Below are positions 14,335 through 22,602 of a stretch of 24,000 nucleotides of DNA, in pieces. The stretch spans positions 1 through 24,000 of the forward strand of contig CAZRLL010000002.1 of the NCBI GenBank assembly GCA_964600735.1, given 5' to 3'. Under the pieces are notes generated by a model. It worked only from the letters and a program-made list of their open reading frames with translations, was not told the origin of the DNA and searched no databases. Source of the DNA: an uncultured archaeon (GTDB lineage Archaea; Asgardarchaeota; Heimdallarchaeia; Heimdallarchaeales; Kariarchaeaceae). Each line of letters begins with the position of its first letter. Positions within the stretch are counted from its first letter, which is position 1. A program made the translations under genes and the position numbers.

Positions 14335-16305
14335 TCATTCGTCAATTATAGGTAGAAAACGAACCTCTGGAAAAGACCAAAACACATTTCCATCCGTTAC
14401 CTGACGAAGAGTATCAGCTAATTTGGAACTATTTTTGACTGGAATGATTGCTTTAATATTACATTCGTCCTCTGTACTTACCTCTTCAATAGATGCTCTA
14501 TATTTCTGTAATTCATGTAAGGTGTTACCTAAGTAGGTATCTCCCACATTAATATCAATTGTATAATATGGTTCATGTTGTGTACTTTTCGTAAAAACCA
14601 ATGCTTCTCGGATCAAAGTTGATGCAGTGATCATTCCACTCTCATAACTGGGAGAAGACTTAGTAATAAGATAGGATTCAACTATTAACGTAAAATTTTT
14701 AATCCTGCCGCCCGAAATAGGGGATATCCTCATGGTCTGCTTGAATACATCAATAAAACCTTCTAATACTTCTTTTTCTATATCACAATGAAGAACAAGT
14801 TGATTCGAATGATTATCTTTGAAAAAAATATTCCTTTCATCAACTTGGGTAAATTTTGACGACCTCCCTGCGTGAATCGAAATTTTAGGATTTTTAGAAA
14901 ATACGAACATGGATTCCATCAAGGGCATCTCAAATTGTAAAATAATTGGATCAGAAACTTCAATTTCAAAATCCATATTTTTCAATTCAGATGCTAGAAC
15001 ATCTAATTGTAACGTGCCTACTCCGAGGAGAAGTAATTCGCCAGTATCTTGATTTGATTCAAATTCTAAACCGGGTGTTGCCTGAACTAATACTTCAATC
15101 ACCTCTTGTAATCGGCTAATGTCATTAATTTTAAGTGGTTCAATACTAATTGCAACAACTGGATCCTGAACATAGGAAATATTTTTTAAAAAAAAGTTCT
15201 TCTCTTTCGGAGGAACAAGTAAATCACCAGGCATTATGGGTTTATTAACAATTAGTCCCCCAATTTGACCAGCTGTTAACAGAGGCACATCTTTACTAGA
15301 TCTACCATGTAACTCGATAATTCGCATAATGCGTAAATTTTCACTATTAAGGGAAGATTGAAGTTTCTGACCTCGTTTCAATGTTCCCGATGCCACTCGT
15401 ACAATGGATGCCCATTGTTTGCCATGATCCAGCCTTACAAACCGTCCAACTATTGTGATCGGAACACCTAATTTACTACATGAATGCAATTCTGCTAGTA
15501 AACCATCTGGAATTTTATTTAATAGCATGTTTGGAAATTTATATTTTTGACCCTCAATTGGGGAAGGAAGATTTTCAACGATACATCGGGTTAAAGTGGC
15601 AGCGAGATTTGTATTATCAGGAAACTTGTTAATTGTATCATTTTGGTAGATTTCAACAACATCACTTAATTTTCCATTCTCCTTCACAAAAAAATTATCC
15701 ATCGCCCAACCATCAGTTGCAGAGCCAATAATAACAGATCCTACTGAAAATTTCGGTAAAAATTGTTTTTCAAAACCGTAATGCTCACAAATTGTGTGAA
15801 TCTCGCTAATTATTCGTTCTAATCGTTGTTGAATTGTTATTATTGGTAACTCTAACTCGTTAATTAAACGATCTACTTTGTTTATGAATAAAACAAGTTT
15901 AAGTTTCTCTCTGATTGCTTGACGTAGTACTGTCCTTGTCTGAGCCATTATACCCTCAACCGCGTCAACAAGAATTAATCCTCCATCAACAAGTCTTAGA
16001 GATTCTGCTACTTTCCCTGAAAAATCAACATGACCTGGAGTATCAATTAAATTGATATGATAGTTTTTATTATTATATTCTAATTGAAAAGTTGCTAGAG
16101 TTGTTTCAATGGTAATACCTCTGCGCTGCTCTTCTGGTAAAAAATCCAAGGCTCGTAATGTACCTGCTAAATGTGAGGGTATCATTCCTCCAGAAGCTAT
16201 TAGATGATCAGAAAGAGTTGTTTTTCCATGATCCACATGAGAAATAATTGATAAATTTCTGATGAGTTGAACGTTATTATTATCAATTGGTTTTTTGTTT
16301 TTCAT
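14335..16305 (-). CDS. Elongation factor 2 (EF-2/EF-G family) paralogue, short and lacking the diphthamide-acceptor His motif
   Basis: The GTPase motifs are G1 SHVDHGKTT, G2 RGITI, G3 DTPGHVDF and G4 NKVDR. Overall collinearity is with aEF-2, including the domain V-like C-terminus (HEPYYTIDINVGDTYLGNTLHELQKYRASIEEV...IKAIIPVKNSSKLADTLRQVTDGNVFWSFPEVRFLPI). It is only 656 aa. Where EF-2 has H-x-D-x-x-H-R-G, this protein has ITKSSPSYESGM (14632-14667). Confidence 0.85.
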   Translation of the reverse strand: MKNKKPIDNNNVQLIRNLSIISHVDHGKTTLSDHLIASGGMIPSHLAGTLRALDFLPEEQRRGITIETTLATFQLEYNNKNYHINLIDTPGHVDFSGKVAESLRLVDGGLILVDAVEGIMAQTRTVLRQAIREKLKLVLFINKVDRLINELELPIITIQQRLERIISEIHTICEHYGFEKQFLPKFSVGSVIIGSATDGWAMDNFFVKENGKLSDVVEIYQNDTINKFPDNTNLAATLTRCIVENLPSPIEGQKYKFPNMLLNKIPDGLLAELHSCSKLGVPITIVGRFVRLDHGKQWASIVRVASGTLKRGQKLQSSLNSENLRIMRIIELHGRSSKDVPLLTAGQIGGLIVNKPIMPGDLLVPPKEKNFFLKNISYVQDPVVAISIEPLKINDISRLQEVIEVLVQATPGLEFESNQDTGELLLLGVGTLQLDVLASELKNMDFEIEVSDPIILQFEMPLMESMFVFSKNPKISIHAGRSSKFTQVDERNIFFKDNHSNQLVLHCDIEKEVLEGFIDVFKQTMRISPISGGRIKNFTLIVESYLITKSSPSYESGMITASTLIREALVFTKSTQHEPYYTIDINVGDTYLGNTLHELQKYRASIEEVSTEDECNIKAIIPVKNSSKLADTLRQVTDGNVFWSFPEVRFLPIIDE

Positions 16306-16596
16306 AAATCCTCAACTATTTACTCTTTCAGAAAACGATATAGGTAAAATACCTCTTAATTATATTGATCCTACTAATGAAACATAAAAACATTAGTGGT
16401 TTATTAATTAATTCTTCCTATATTTATATGACTAAATTTTTCTATAATATTCTTCTAAATCCAAATAAGCTCCTTAAAACAAGAGAAATTTTACTTATTT
16501 TCCCCTGTAACTAGAGAGTGTTTCATTTTCTTTTATCTCTTGATATTCCGTAAAGGATTTCTATATGACATAGTATTGCATATTTAGTAGCATTTT

Positions 16597-17535
16597 ATGA
16601 TTACAAATCACCTGTTGATCAATAAATTAGCATTGAAATATGATACAAATCGGGATCTGGTTAAATCACTTAGTACATGGTTTGGAGTAACCGAAACTGA
16701 AAACATGTTGAAAATGAAACCATCAAACCTTCAAAAAACGATCCGTGTAAATATTACTAAAATTTCTCGGACTGAAATGATAGATAAATTGGCAGATGAC
16801 AATATCAAATGTAGTCCGTTAACTGGGGTTCCAGAAGGAATTTTGGTAAAATCGGGCTGGAAAAAAATTGGAAGCCACATTTCTTACTTAAACGGTGAAT
16901 TTATGCCCCAAGGTTATGGATCAATGTTGGCAGTACACGCATTAGATCCATTACCCGGAGAAACAATACTGGAAATGGCAGCTGCACCTGGAGGAAAAAG
17001 CTGTTTTATTGGCGAAAGATTACAAGGGAAAGGTATATTAATTGCTAACGATCGTTCTATAAAAAGAATATCAGCATTAATAGGAAATCTAGCCCGTCAT
17101 GAAATAGAAAATGTAATAGTAACATTACAAGATGGAATGAATTTGGAAATTCAATCAGTTGATCGTATTTTATTGGATGCACCCTGTACAGGTGAGGGAT
17201 TAATTGTATCGAAAATTAATCGAAGAAAATCGAAAATAATTCATGAAAATTACAAAATGCAAAAAGTTCAAATTGGACTATTGAATAAAGCAATAAACCT
17301 TCTAAAACCAGGTGGTACCTGCGTATACTCAACATGTTCATTGACACCTATAGAAAATGAACAAGTTATCGAAAAAGTATTGAATAAAGTTACTATCGAG
17401 AAATTGCAAGTTGAAGGTCAGGAGGGGTTTTCAAGTATTCATCCCGAATTCATAAAAACTAAACGATTATTACCCTCAGTCCATATGTGCGATGGGTTTT
17501 TTATAGCAAAATTAGTAAAGGTTGAACCACAATGA
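16597..17535 (+). CDS. NOL1/NOP2/Sun-family RNA cytosine-C5 methyltransferase (Nop2/Trm4/RsmB-like)
   Basis: The SAM-binding motif I is LEMAAAPGGKS. Motif IV is LLDAPCTGEG with the catalytic Cys, and motif VI is VYSTCSL (TC). The 312-aa length is typical of archaeal Nop2/Sun proteins. Confidence 0.88.
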   Translation: MITNHLLINKLALKYDTNRDLVKSLSTWFGVTETENMLKMKPSNLQKTIRVNITKISRTEMIDKLADDNIKCSPLTGVPEGILVKSGWKKIGSHISYLNGEFMPQGYGSMLAVHALDPLPGETILEMAAAPGGKSCFIGERLQGKGILIANDRSIKRISALIGNLARHEIENVIVTLQDGMNLEIQSVDRILLDAPCTGEGLIVSKINRRKSKIIHENYKMQKVQIGLLNKAINLLKPGGTCVYSTCSLTPIENEQVIEKVLNKVTIEKLQVEGQEGFSSIHPEFIKTKRLLPSVHMCDGFFIAKLVKVEPQ

Positions 17536-17978
17536 TCAGAAAGGAAAAAAAAGATGTGGAACAGCTGATCAGAGATCTTCTTAGAATTAAAATTGAATTA
17601 CTTGAGAGGGATTATTATCTGGTTCAACAAAGGAAAAATATGTATACGATAAATTATGCAAATTTAAATTTCCCAATTCCAGACCTATCAAATATTGTCT
17701 CTATTGGGGTTCCAATCATTACAGGGAATCCTAGTAAAATTACACTCTTACCAAGTATTTTGAATTGTTTAGATGAGAAAATAAGAAATTATAAAATTAA
17801 TAAATCTGAAGTCAACCGAGTTAGTCATGGCTATTCAATTAGCATTGATACTCAAGATCGACTGTTAATTTTAATTGATAAATATAACAGAAGAATTGCA
17901 TTTGGTAAGGTCGAAGACAAATATTTCAAGCCAATTGCAGATATTGGTTTGTATTTAAGAAATGAAAAACTCTTCTGA
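17532..17978 (+). CDS. Nip7-like (UPF0113) protein with a C-terminal PUA-like domain
   Basis: The start overlaps the methyltransferase stop (ATGA at 17532-17535). The C-terminal segment VNRVSHGYSISIDTQDRLLILIDKYNRRIAFGKVEDKYFKPIADIGLYLRNEKLF resembles the Nip7 PUA end (...lG.g......v..qADIGEYLR.E), as I recall it from eukaryotic and archaeal Nip7. The N-terminal half is weakly conserved. Confidence 0.55.
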   Translation: MIRKEKKDVEQLIRDLLRIKIELLERDYYLVQQRKNMYTINYANLNFPIPDLSNIVSIGVPIITGNPSKITLLPSILNCLDEKIRNYKINKSEVNRVSHGYSISIDTQDRLLILIDKYNRRIAFGKVEDKYFKPIADIGLYLRNEKLF

Positions 17979-18198
17979 TAAAATTGCAATTAAAGCAAGC
18001 AAGTTAGATGGTAAAATTCCTTCCATTTTCTAAGTTATTATTTGAGCAAAATTTGAATTTGATGTAATCGATTCATTATTACAAAAATTTCTAGATTGAA
18101 ATCGATAAATTAATGATATTTAAGAAAAATTTTTCATTTATTATGGAAATCAAACGAGTTTCATCACGGCTTACCAGTTGAATTAGAAATCGAGAAAC

Positions 18199-18369
18199 CT
18201 AGGTGGAATAAAATGTACAAATTAATACATGATTATAAAGCTTTGAATGAACGGTTGATTTTCCAGTACAAGCTTTTCCTTGTATTAAAATTGTGCGGTT
18301 CTTAATCAATCCTCCATCCAATAAGGAATCTAACCCTTCTATACCTGTATTAATTTTTGTTGTTTCCAT
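18199..18369 (-). pseudogene. Truncated KaiC/RadA-like (RecA-superfamily) ATPase fragment: N-terminus plus Walker A only
   Basis: This is my own translation of an ORF below the track's length cutoff: METTKINTGIEGLDSLLDGGLIKNRTILIQGKACTGKSTVHSKLYNHVLICTFYST*. The first ~40 aa match the KaiC-like N-terminus (I.TGI.GLD.lL.GGl..g...li.G.pGtGKt). The reading frame stops after 56 aa, and I saw no continuation of similarity in other frames. It starts 14 nt downstream of the TrmB-like gene. Confidence 0.45.
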
Positions 18370-18382
18370 ATCAATACTTCCT

Positions 18383-19147
18383 TTACTTTATAGCTCTTGT
18401 AAAATCTATAATACTTGATTTCACAAGAGGTGAAATTTGTATACATACTGCTGTGTATTCACCAGCAGTGTATTTACCACCCTGAGTTTCCACAATACTA
18501 ATTTGAGCAAAATCGTCAAATATAAAAGTTGTAGCTGTACCGATAGTAGACACAATTTTAATTTTGTAATGGTCCAGTTCTTCAACGGGTTCATCTGTTT
18601 GGATAATAATATCTATCCCTTGGAGATCAGATAGCATATTACTAAATTTTGTGACTAATAATTTAGAATTACCTGAAGATATTCTCAATACCGATCTTGT
18701 ACTTGCTAATAGAGATGAAACTTTGGATATTATATTTGCCAAACCTACATAGGTCCATACCCCCTGCTCATCCGATATATCAGGACGAGATGTTTTATAT
18801 AATTTTAGTAATTCAGGTAATACTCGATTAACTAGCTCTTCCCTCCTTTTCTGTTTTGTTTTCCATTCCATCTCGATTGACTTTAACAGATTTAGGATAG
18901 CTCGTTCAGGATTATTGCATTTAAATTTGCGAGGTCTACCCTTATCTCCTGTAATCAATTCCTTCGAATATTCTAAACTTTCCAAAACCTGATACACTTT
19001 TGCATAAGGGATTGATGAGCGGTCACTAATTGCTCGGGCAACGATCGTTCCACCTTCTAAAACTGTTAAATATGCTCTGGTCTCATATTCATTCAGACCC
19101 AATTCAGATAATACTAGTGTAGTTGTTTCTTCAGTGATATCAGACAC
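18383..19147 (-). CDS. TrmB-family transcriptional regulator
   Basis: The N-terminal winged-helix is LSELGLNEYETRAYLTVLEGGTIVARAISDRSSIPYAKVYQVLESLEYSKELI, which is typical of TrmB. The C-terminal ~150 aa are an effector-like domain. The start is a GTG; the upstream ATG is out of frame and immediately stopped. Confidence 0.8.
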   Translation of the reverse strand: MSDITEETTTLVLSELGLNEYETRAYLTVLEGGTIVARAISDRSSIPYAKVYQVLESLEYSKELITGDKGRPRKFKCNNPERAILNLLKSIEMEWKTKQKRREELVNRVLPELLKLYKTSRPDISDEQGVWTYVGLANIISKVSSLLASTRSVLRISSGNSKLLVTKFSNMLSDLQGIDIIIQTDEPVEELDHYKIKIVSTIGTATTFIFDDFAQISIVETQGGKYTAGEYTAVCIQISPLVKSSIIDFTRAIK

Positions 19148-19289
19148 AATATATTACTTCATTTGGTGGGAAAAAAAATTATTTACTGTTGAGTTAAAAA
19201 AAAGTAAAATATATCATAAAAGTTACTTAAATTCATATTGTGATTAATAAATTTTATTTGTTTTTTGAAATGCAGAGCCAATTAGATCA

Positions 19290-21416
19290 ATGAAAAAAGA
19301 GTCACAGTATTATATTATTGCATTAGTTGTATTATTCTTGTTGAATCCTACTACAATTCAGATGGGAGCTAAAACGGATGCAAACCATGATCAGTCATTA
19401 TCTCCTGAAAGTTATAATCCCAAATTTGATCTGTTCAACATAAGAGATCAAATGACACTCACACCAATCTTTACTCCCGATAATGCCTTATCTTCGCATA
19501 TTGGATGGATTAACCAAGCAAATTCAACAATTGACATCCAGAATCAATATATCAAATTTTTTGATTCTTATGATGATTGGGAAACAAATCCCACTCCATT
19601 TGTAGCAGCTTTATTAAATGCAAAATTACGAGGAGTGAGTATCCGGGTACAATTAAGAGATAATGAAAGTAATGAGATCGAACCTTTTCTTTTGAATAAG
19701 GGAATTTCTGTAAAGTACATGGGGTCTTTAATTAGCAATACAGATGATGACGACTGGTTATCGAATACTCATAATAAGTTAATGATTATAGATGAAAGTG
19801 TAATACTTATATCATCAATTAATTTTGGAAGTGGATTTATAAACAGTAGAGAAGCAGGTATTGTTGTTCAAAACGCTCAAGCTGCAAATTACTTCACTTC
19901 AATTTTTGAAAATGACTGGGTGGATGGAGAAGTTCCTGTTTTTCGATTAACTGATCCTGGAATTATATCAGAGAAAATTGTTACAAACAGTGTGGATTAT
20001 CCCAGTCATACCAATATTCCTAAGACAAATTTTACTGGAATATACAACATTACTCTTTTTACTAACCCGGACAATGCTGATGGGGTGATTTTTAATTTCT
20101 TGAAAGCAGCAAAAAAATCGATTTATGTTTCAATGTATACAATTTCTAGACCCGATTTCAATAACACACTAATTAATCTCAAAAAAGCCAATCCCTCGAT
20201 TGATATACAAGTATTAATTTCCAGTCGACGAGTTGGTAAATATGAAAATATTGATACATGGTCTGCAGTTAAATCATTAGTAGACAATCTAATTCCGGTA
20301 TATAATGCATCTGTGGATACTTTTATTGATCAAGCTGGGTTTTACCATAATAAATATTGGATAATTGATGGTGAACATACCTTCGTTTATAGTGGTAATT
20401 GGAGTCCCAGAAGTGTAACACCTGTGGAAACACAATATTCTTCCGATGAGGGAAATAGAGATATGGGAATAGTAATCCATGATGCCACTGATATTGCTGA
20501 TTTTTACAAGAATGTATGGGATCAAGATGTTTTAGTTGCAGATAAGTGGGAACTCCCAATTGGGATTAAGCAGACTAGTTTTCAAACTGCTGATGTTGTT
20601 TATGGTTCAATCACTCTTTCGGCAAATATTAACGGTTTAAATAATCCAACTGTTTCATATCGTTGGGGGAATGGGGATTATCATCAGGTGAGTTTAACCA
20701 ATAACACATTTTCTGAAGAATTTGATACAACAACATTCGAAAATGGAATTACAACATTTGAGGTCAGAGCAGAAGAAGTAACTCAAGTTTTTACCGATAA
20801 AGTGATTATTAATGTGGTCAACTTGGTCGAGAATGATAACTGGAGATTTTTAATAACTGAATTGTTACCAAATCCTGAGGGTACAGACTCCGTTGCCGAA
20901 TTTATTGAATTAACGAATAGCTTTCCATTTGATTTATTGATTGAAGACTGGCAGATTGGTGATGATAGTGATTTGTTCTCTTTTAAGGGGGGAACGAAAA
21001 TAAAATCATATTCTTCGATAATATTGGCAAAGGATAAATCAGGATTTGAAAGCACATTTAGTATAACTGCGGATTATGAATTTAGATTTACTCTGAAAAA
21101 TACCGATGGAGACTATGTACGATTGCTGGACAATCATGAAGAATACATGGATGTCGTTGCCTATGGATTGGATGCACCTGATGGCTCTGAAAAATTATCA
21201 ATTCCAGATTCAGGAGAATCAATCTTGAGAATAAACTTACATATAGACACTGATGAAGCAGCAGATTTTACATTTGGTGAACCAGATCCCAAGGGAGAAG
21301 TTCCACAGATTTCTATGGGGATTTTAGAAACAGACGAGACAGCTGCACCTATTATAACTCCATGGATATTTCTAATAATCTCGATGCTCCCAATTTATTT
21401 GAAGAAACAAAAGTAA
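19290..21416 (+). CDS. Secreted/membrane-anchored phospholipase D-superfamily enzyme (two HKD motifs) fused to a lamin-tail domain (LTD)
   Basis: The N-terminal signal/anchor is MKKESQYYIIALVVLFLLNPTT. HKD motif 1 is HNKLMIIDESVILISSINFG (from 19770) and HKD motif 2 is HNKYWIIDGEHTFVYSGNWS (from 20346). The LTD signature is ITELLPNPEGTDSVAEFIELTNSFPFDLLIEDWQIGDD. The C-terminal hydrophobic segment with a basic tail is PIITPWIFLIISMLPIYLKKQK. Confidence 0.8.
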   Translation: MKKESQYYIIALVVLFLLNPTTIQMGAKTDANHDQSLSPESYNPKFDLFNIRDQMTLTPIFTPDNALSSHIGWINQANSTIDIQNQYIKFFDSYDDWETNPTPFVAALLNAKLRGVSIRVQLRDNESNEIEPFLLNKGISVKYMGSLISNTDDDDWLSNTHNKLMIIDESVILISSINFGSGFINSREAGIVVQNAQAANYFTSIFENDWVDGEVPVFRLTDPGIISEKIVTNSVDYPSHTNIPKTNFTGIYNITLFTNPDNADGVIFNFLKAAKKSIYVSMYTISRPDFNNTLINLKKANPSIDIQVLISSRRVGKYENIDTWSAVKSLVDNLIPVYNASVDTFIDQAGFYHNKYWIIDGEHTFVYSGNWSPRSVTPVETQYSSDEGNRDMGIVIHDATDIADFYKNVWDQDVLVADKWELPIGIKQTSFQTADVVYGSITLSANINGLNNPTVSYRWGNGDYHQVSLTNNTFSEEFDTTTFENGITTFEVRAEEVTQVFTDKVIINVVNLVENDNWRFLITELLPNPEGTDSVAEFIELTNSFPFDLLIEDWQIGDDSDLFSFKGGTKIKSYSSIILAKDKSGFESTFSITADYEFRFTLKNTDGDYVRLLDNHEEYMDVVAYGLDAPDGSEKLSIPDSGESILRINLHIDTDEAADFTFGEPDPKGEVPQISMGILETDETAAPIITPWIFLIISMLPIYLKKQK

Positions 21417-21670
21417 AAAAAAAGGATTCAGAATCTCTAACATGGGAAAATAGAAGGGAGTTAATGCAAAATCTTGTGAAACAAAGTTTAATAAATTAAG
21501 AGGAATTATCTGATGATTTCATAATATGCAATCACAACTTCATCCTATAACACAATTTTGATGACAACTTTTTTCATTAGTGGCGTTAAAAATATAGAAT
21601 GACGCGTTATTGGAAACTCCGATTGATCTACTCATCGCTGAATGCTTGTCAATATTTAATTCTCACGGAT

Positions 21671-22558
21671 TTAATATCGAGTAATTTCGGTACTTTGAAC
21701 TAATTCGGGAATTGCTGGAGACATCGCGGCACCTATCGCCCCAGGACCGACATGGGCACCTATTGTGGGTCCAATTTTTGCAGGAATTAAATCAATAATA
21801 TTGAAATTATTTAAGATCTCATTATTAAGATTAGCTGCATAACTTGGATTCATTGAATGCATAACTGAACATATAAATGGTTGATCCTGGTCAAAATGTT
21901 GATAATGGATTTTAAAACGATCAATAATCATCTCAATTCCTTTTTTCAATCCTTTCGGAGTGTCCACAGCTTCTGTTTTACTATCATTTACTTCAAGTAA
22001 TGGTGTGATACCCAAAATACTACCTAATTTTCCCTTGCTAAGAGGAACTCTACCCCCCCTAATCAAATAGTCAAAAGTTTCTGCAACTGCAAATAATATC
22101 GTATTGGGTGTGATTTGATTTAGCTTATCGATAATCGCATTCAATGAATAACCCATCTTAGCCAATCTAGCAGCTTGTATAACCACTAACCCTTGATACA
22201 TCGAAATACCTGTCGAATCAAAAATATGATAGTTTACACTACTAGTAAATTTTACCGCAATTTCTGCTGATTCTCTAAATTTTGATACTGAAAGCGGTAA
22301 TGTTATGATTAGAATATCTTCTTCCGATTGCTCGATTTTCTTAATTACTCTATAAAAGGCAAGAGGGCTGGCTTGTGTTGTTAATGGGTGATATCGATGA
22401 GTTTTTAATTTATTGTAAAAATCATTTGTTTGTAAGTCCACACCGTCTAAATAGACTTCCCTACCAAATAGGATACGTGCGGGAACTACTGATATATCCA
22501 GATTAAATGCAATATTATGTGGTATATCAGAAGCAGAATCAGTGATGATTTTTACCAT
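21671..22558 (-). CDS. DegV-family (fatty-acid/lipid-binding, FakB-like) protein
   Basis: MVKIITDSASDIP... is the canonical DegV N-terminus. TTQASP (the S/T-Q-x-S-P motif) and ...GPTIGAHVGPGAIG near the C-terminus are also DegV hallmarks. The ATG at 22558 is preferred over the TTG at 22567. Confidence 0.85.
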   Translation of the reverse strand: MVKIITDSASDIPHNIAFNLDISVVPARILFGREVYLDGVDLQTNDFYNKLKTHRYHPLTTQASPLAFYRVIKKIEQSEEDILIITLPLSVSKFRESAEIAVKFTSSVNYHIFDSTGISMYQGLVVIQAARLAKMGYSLNAIIDKLNQITPNTILFAVAETFDYLIRGGRVPLSKGKLGSILGITPLLEVNDSKTEAVDTPKGLKKGIEMIIDRFKIHYQHFDQDQPFICSVMHSMNPSYAANLNNEILNNFNIIDLIPAKIGPTIGAHVGPGAIGAAMSPAIPELVQSTEITRY

Positions 22559-22602
22559 TTTGTACAATTGATAATTAATATATTCTTTTTTTTAATATTG
22601 TG

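Noticed and set aside
17532-17978. Archease as the identity of the ORF downstream of the m5C methyltransferase (archease is a known neighbour and partner of archaeal Trm4)
   Set aside because: The sequence lacks the conserved archease N-terminal H-T-A-D motif. The C-terminal ADIGLYLRNE fits the Nip7/PUA family instead.
20289-21055. Three minus-strand ORFs (20289-20525, 20323-20559, 20783-21055) inside the PLD-LTD gene
   Set aside because: They are antisense to HKD motif 2 and the LTD region, which are clearly coding on the plus strand, and they overlap one another.
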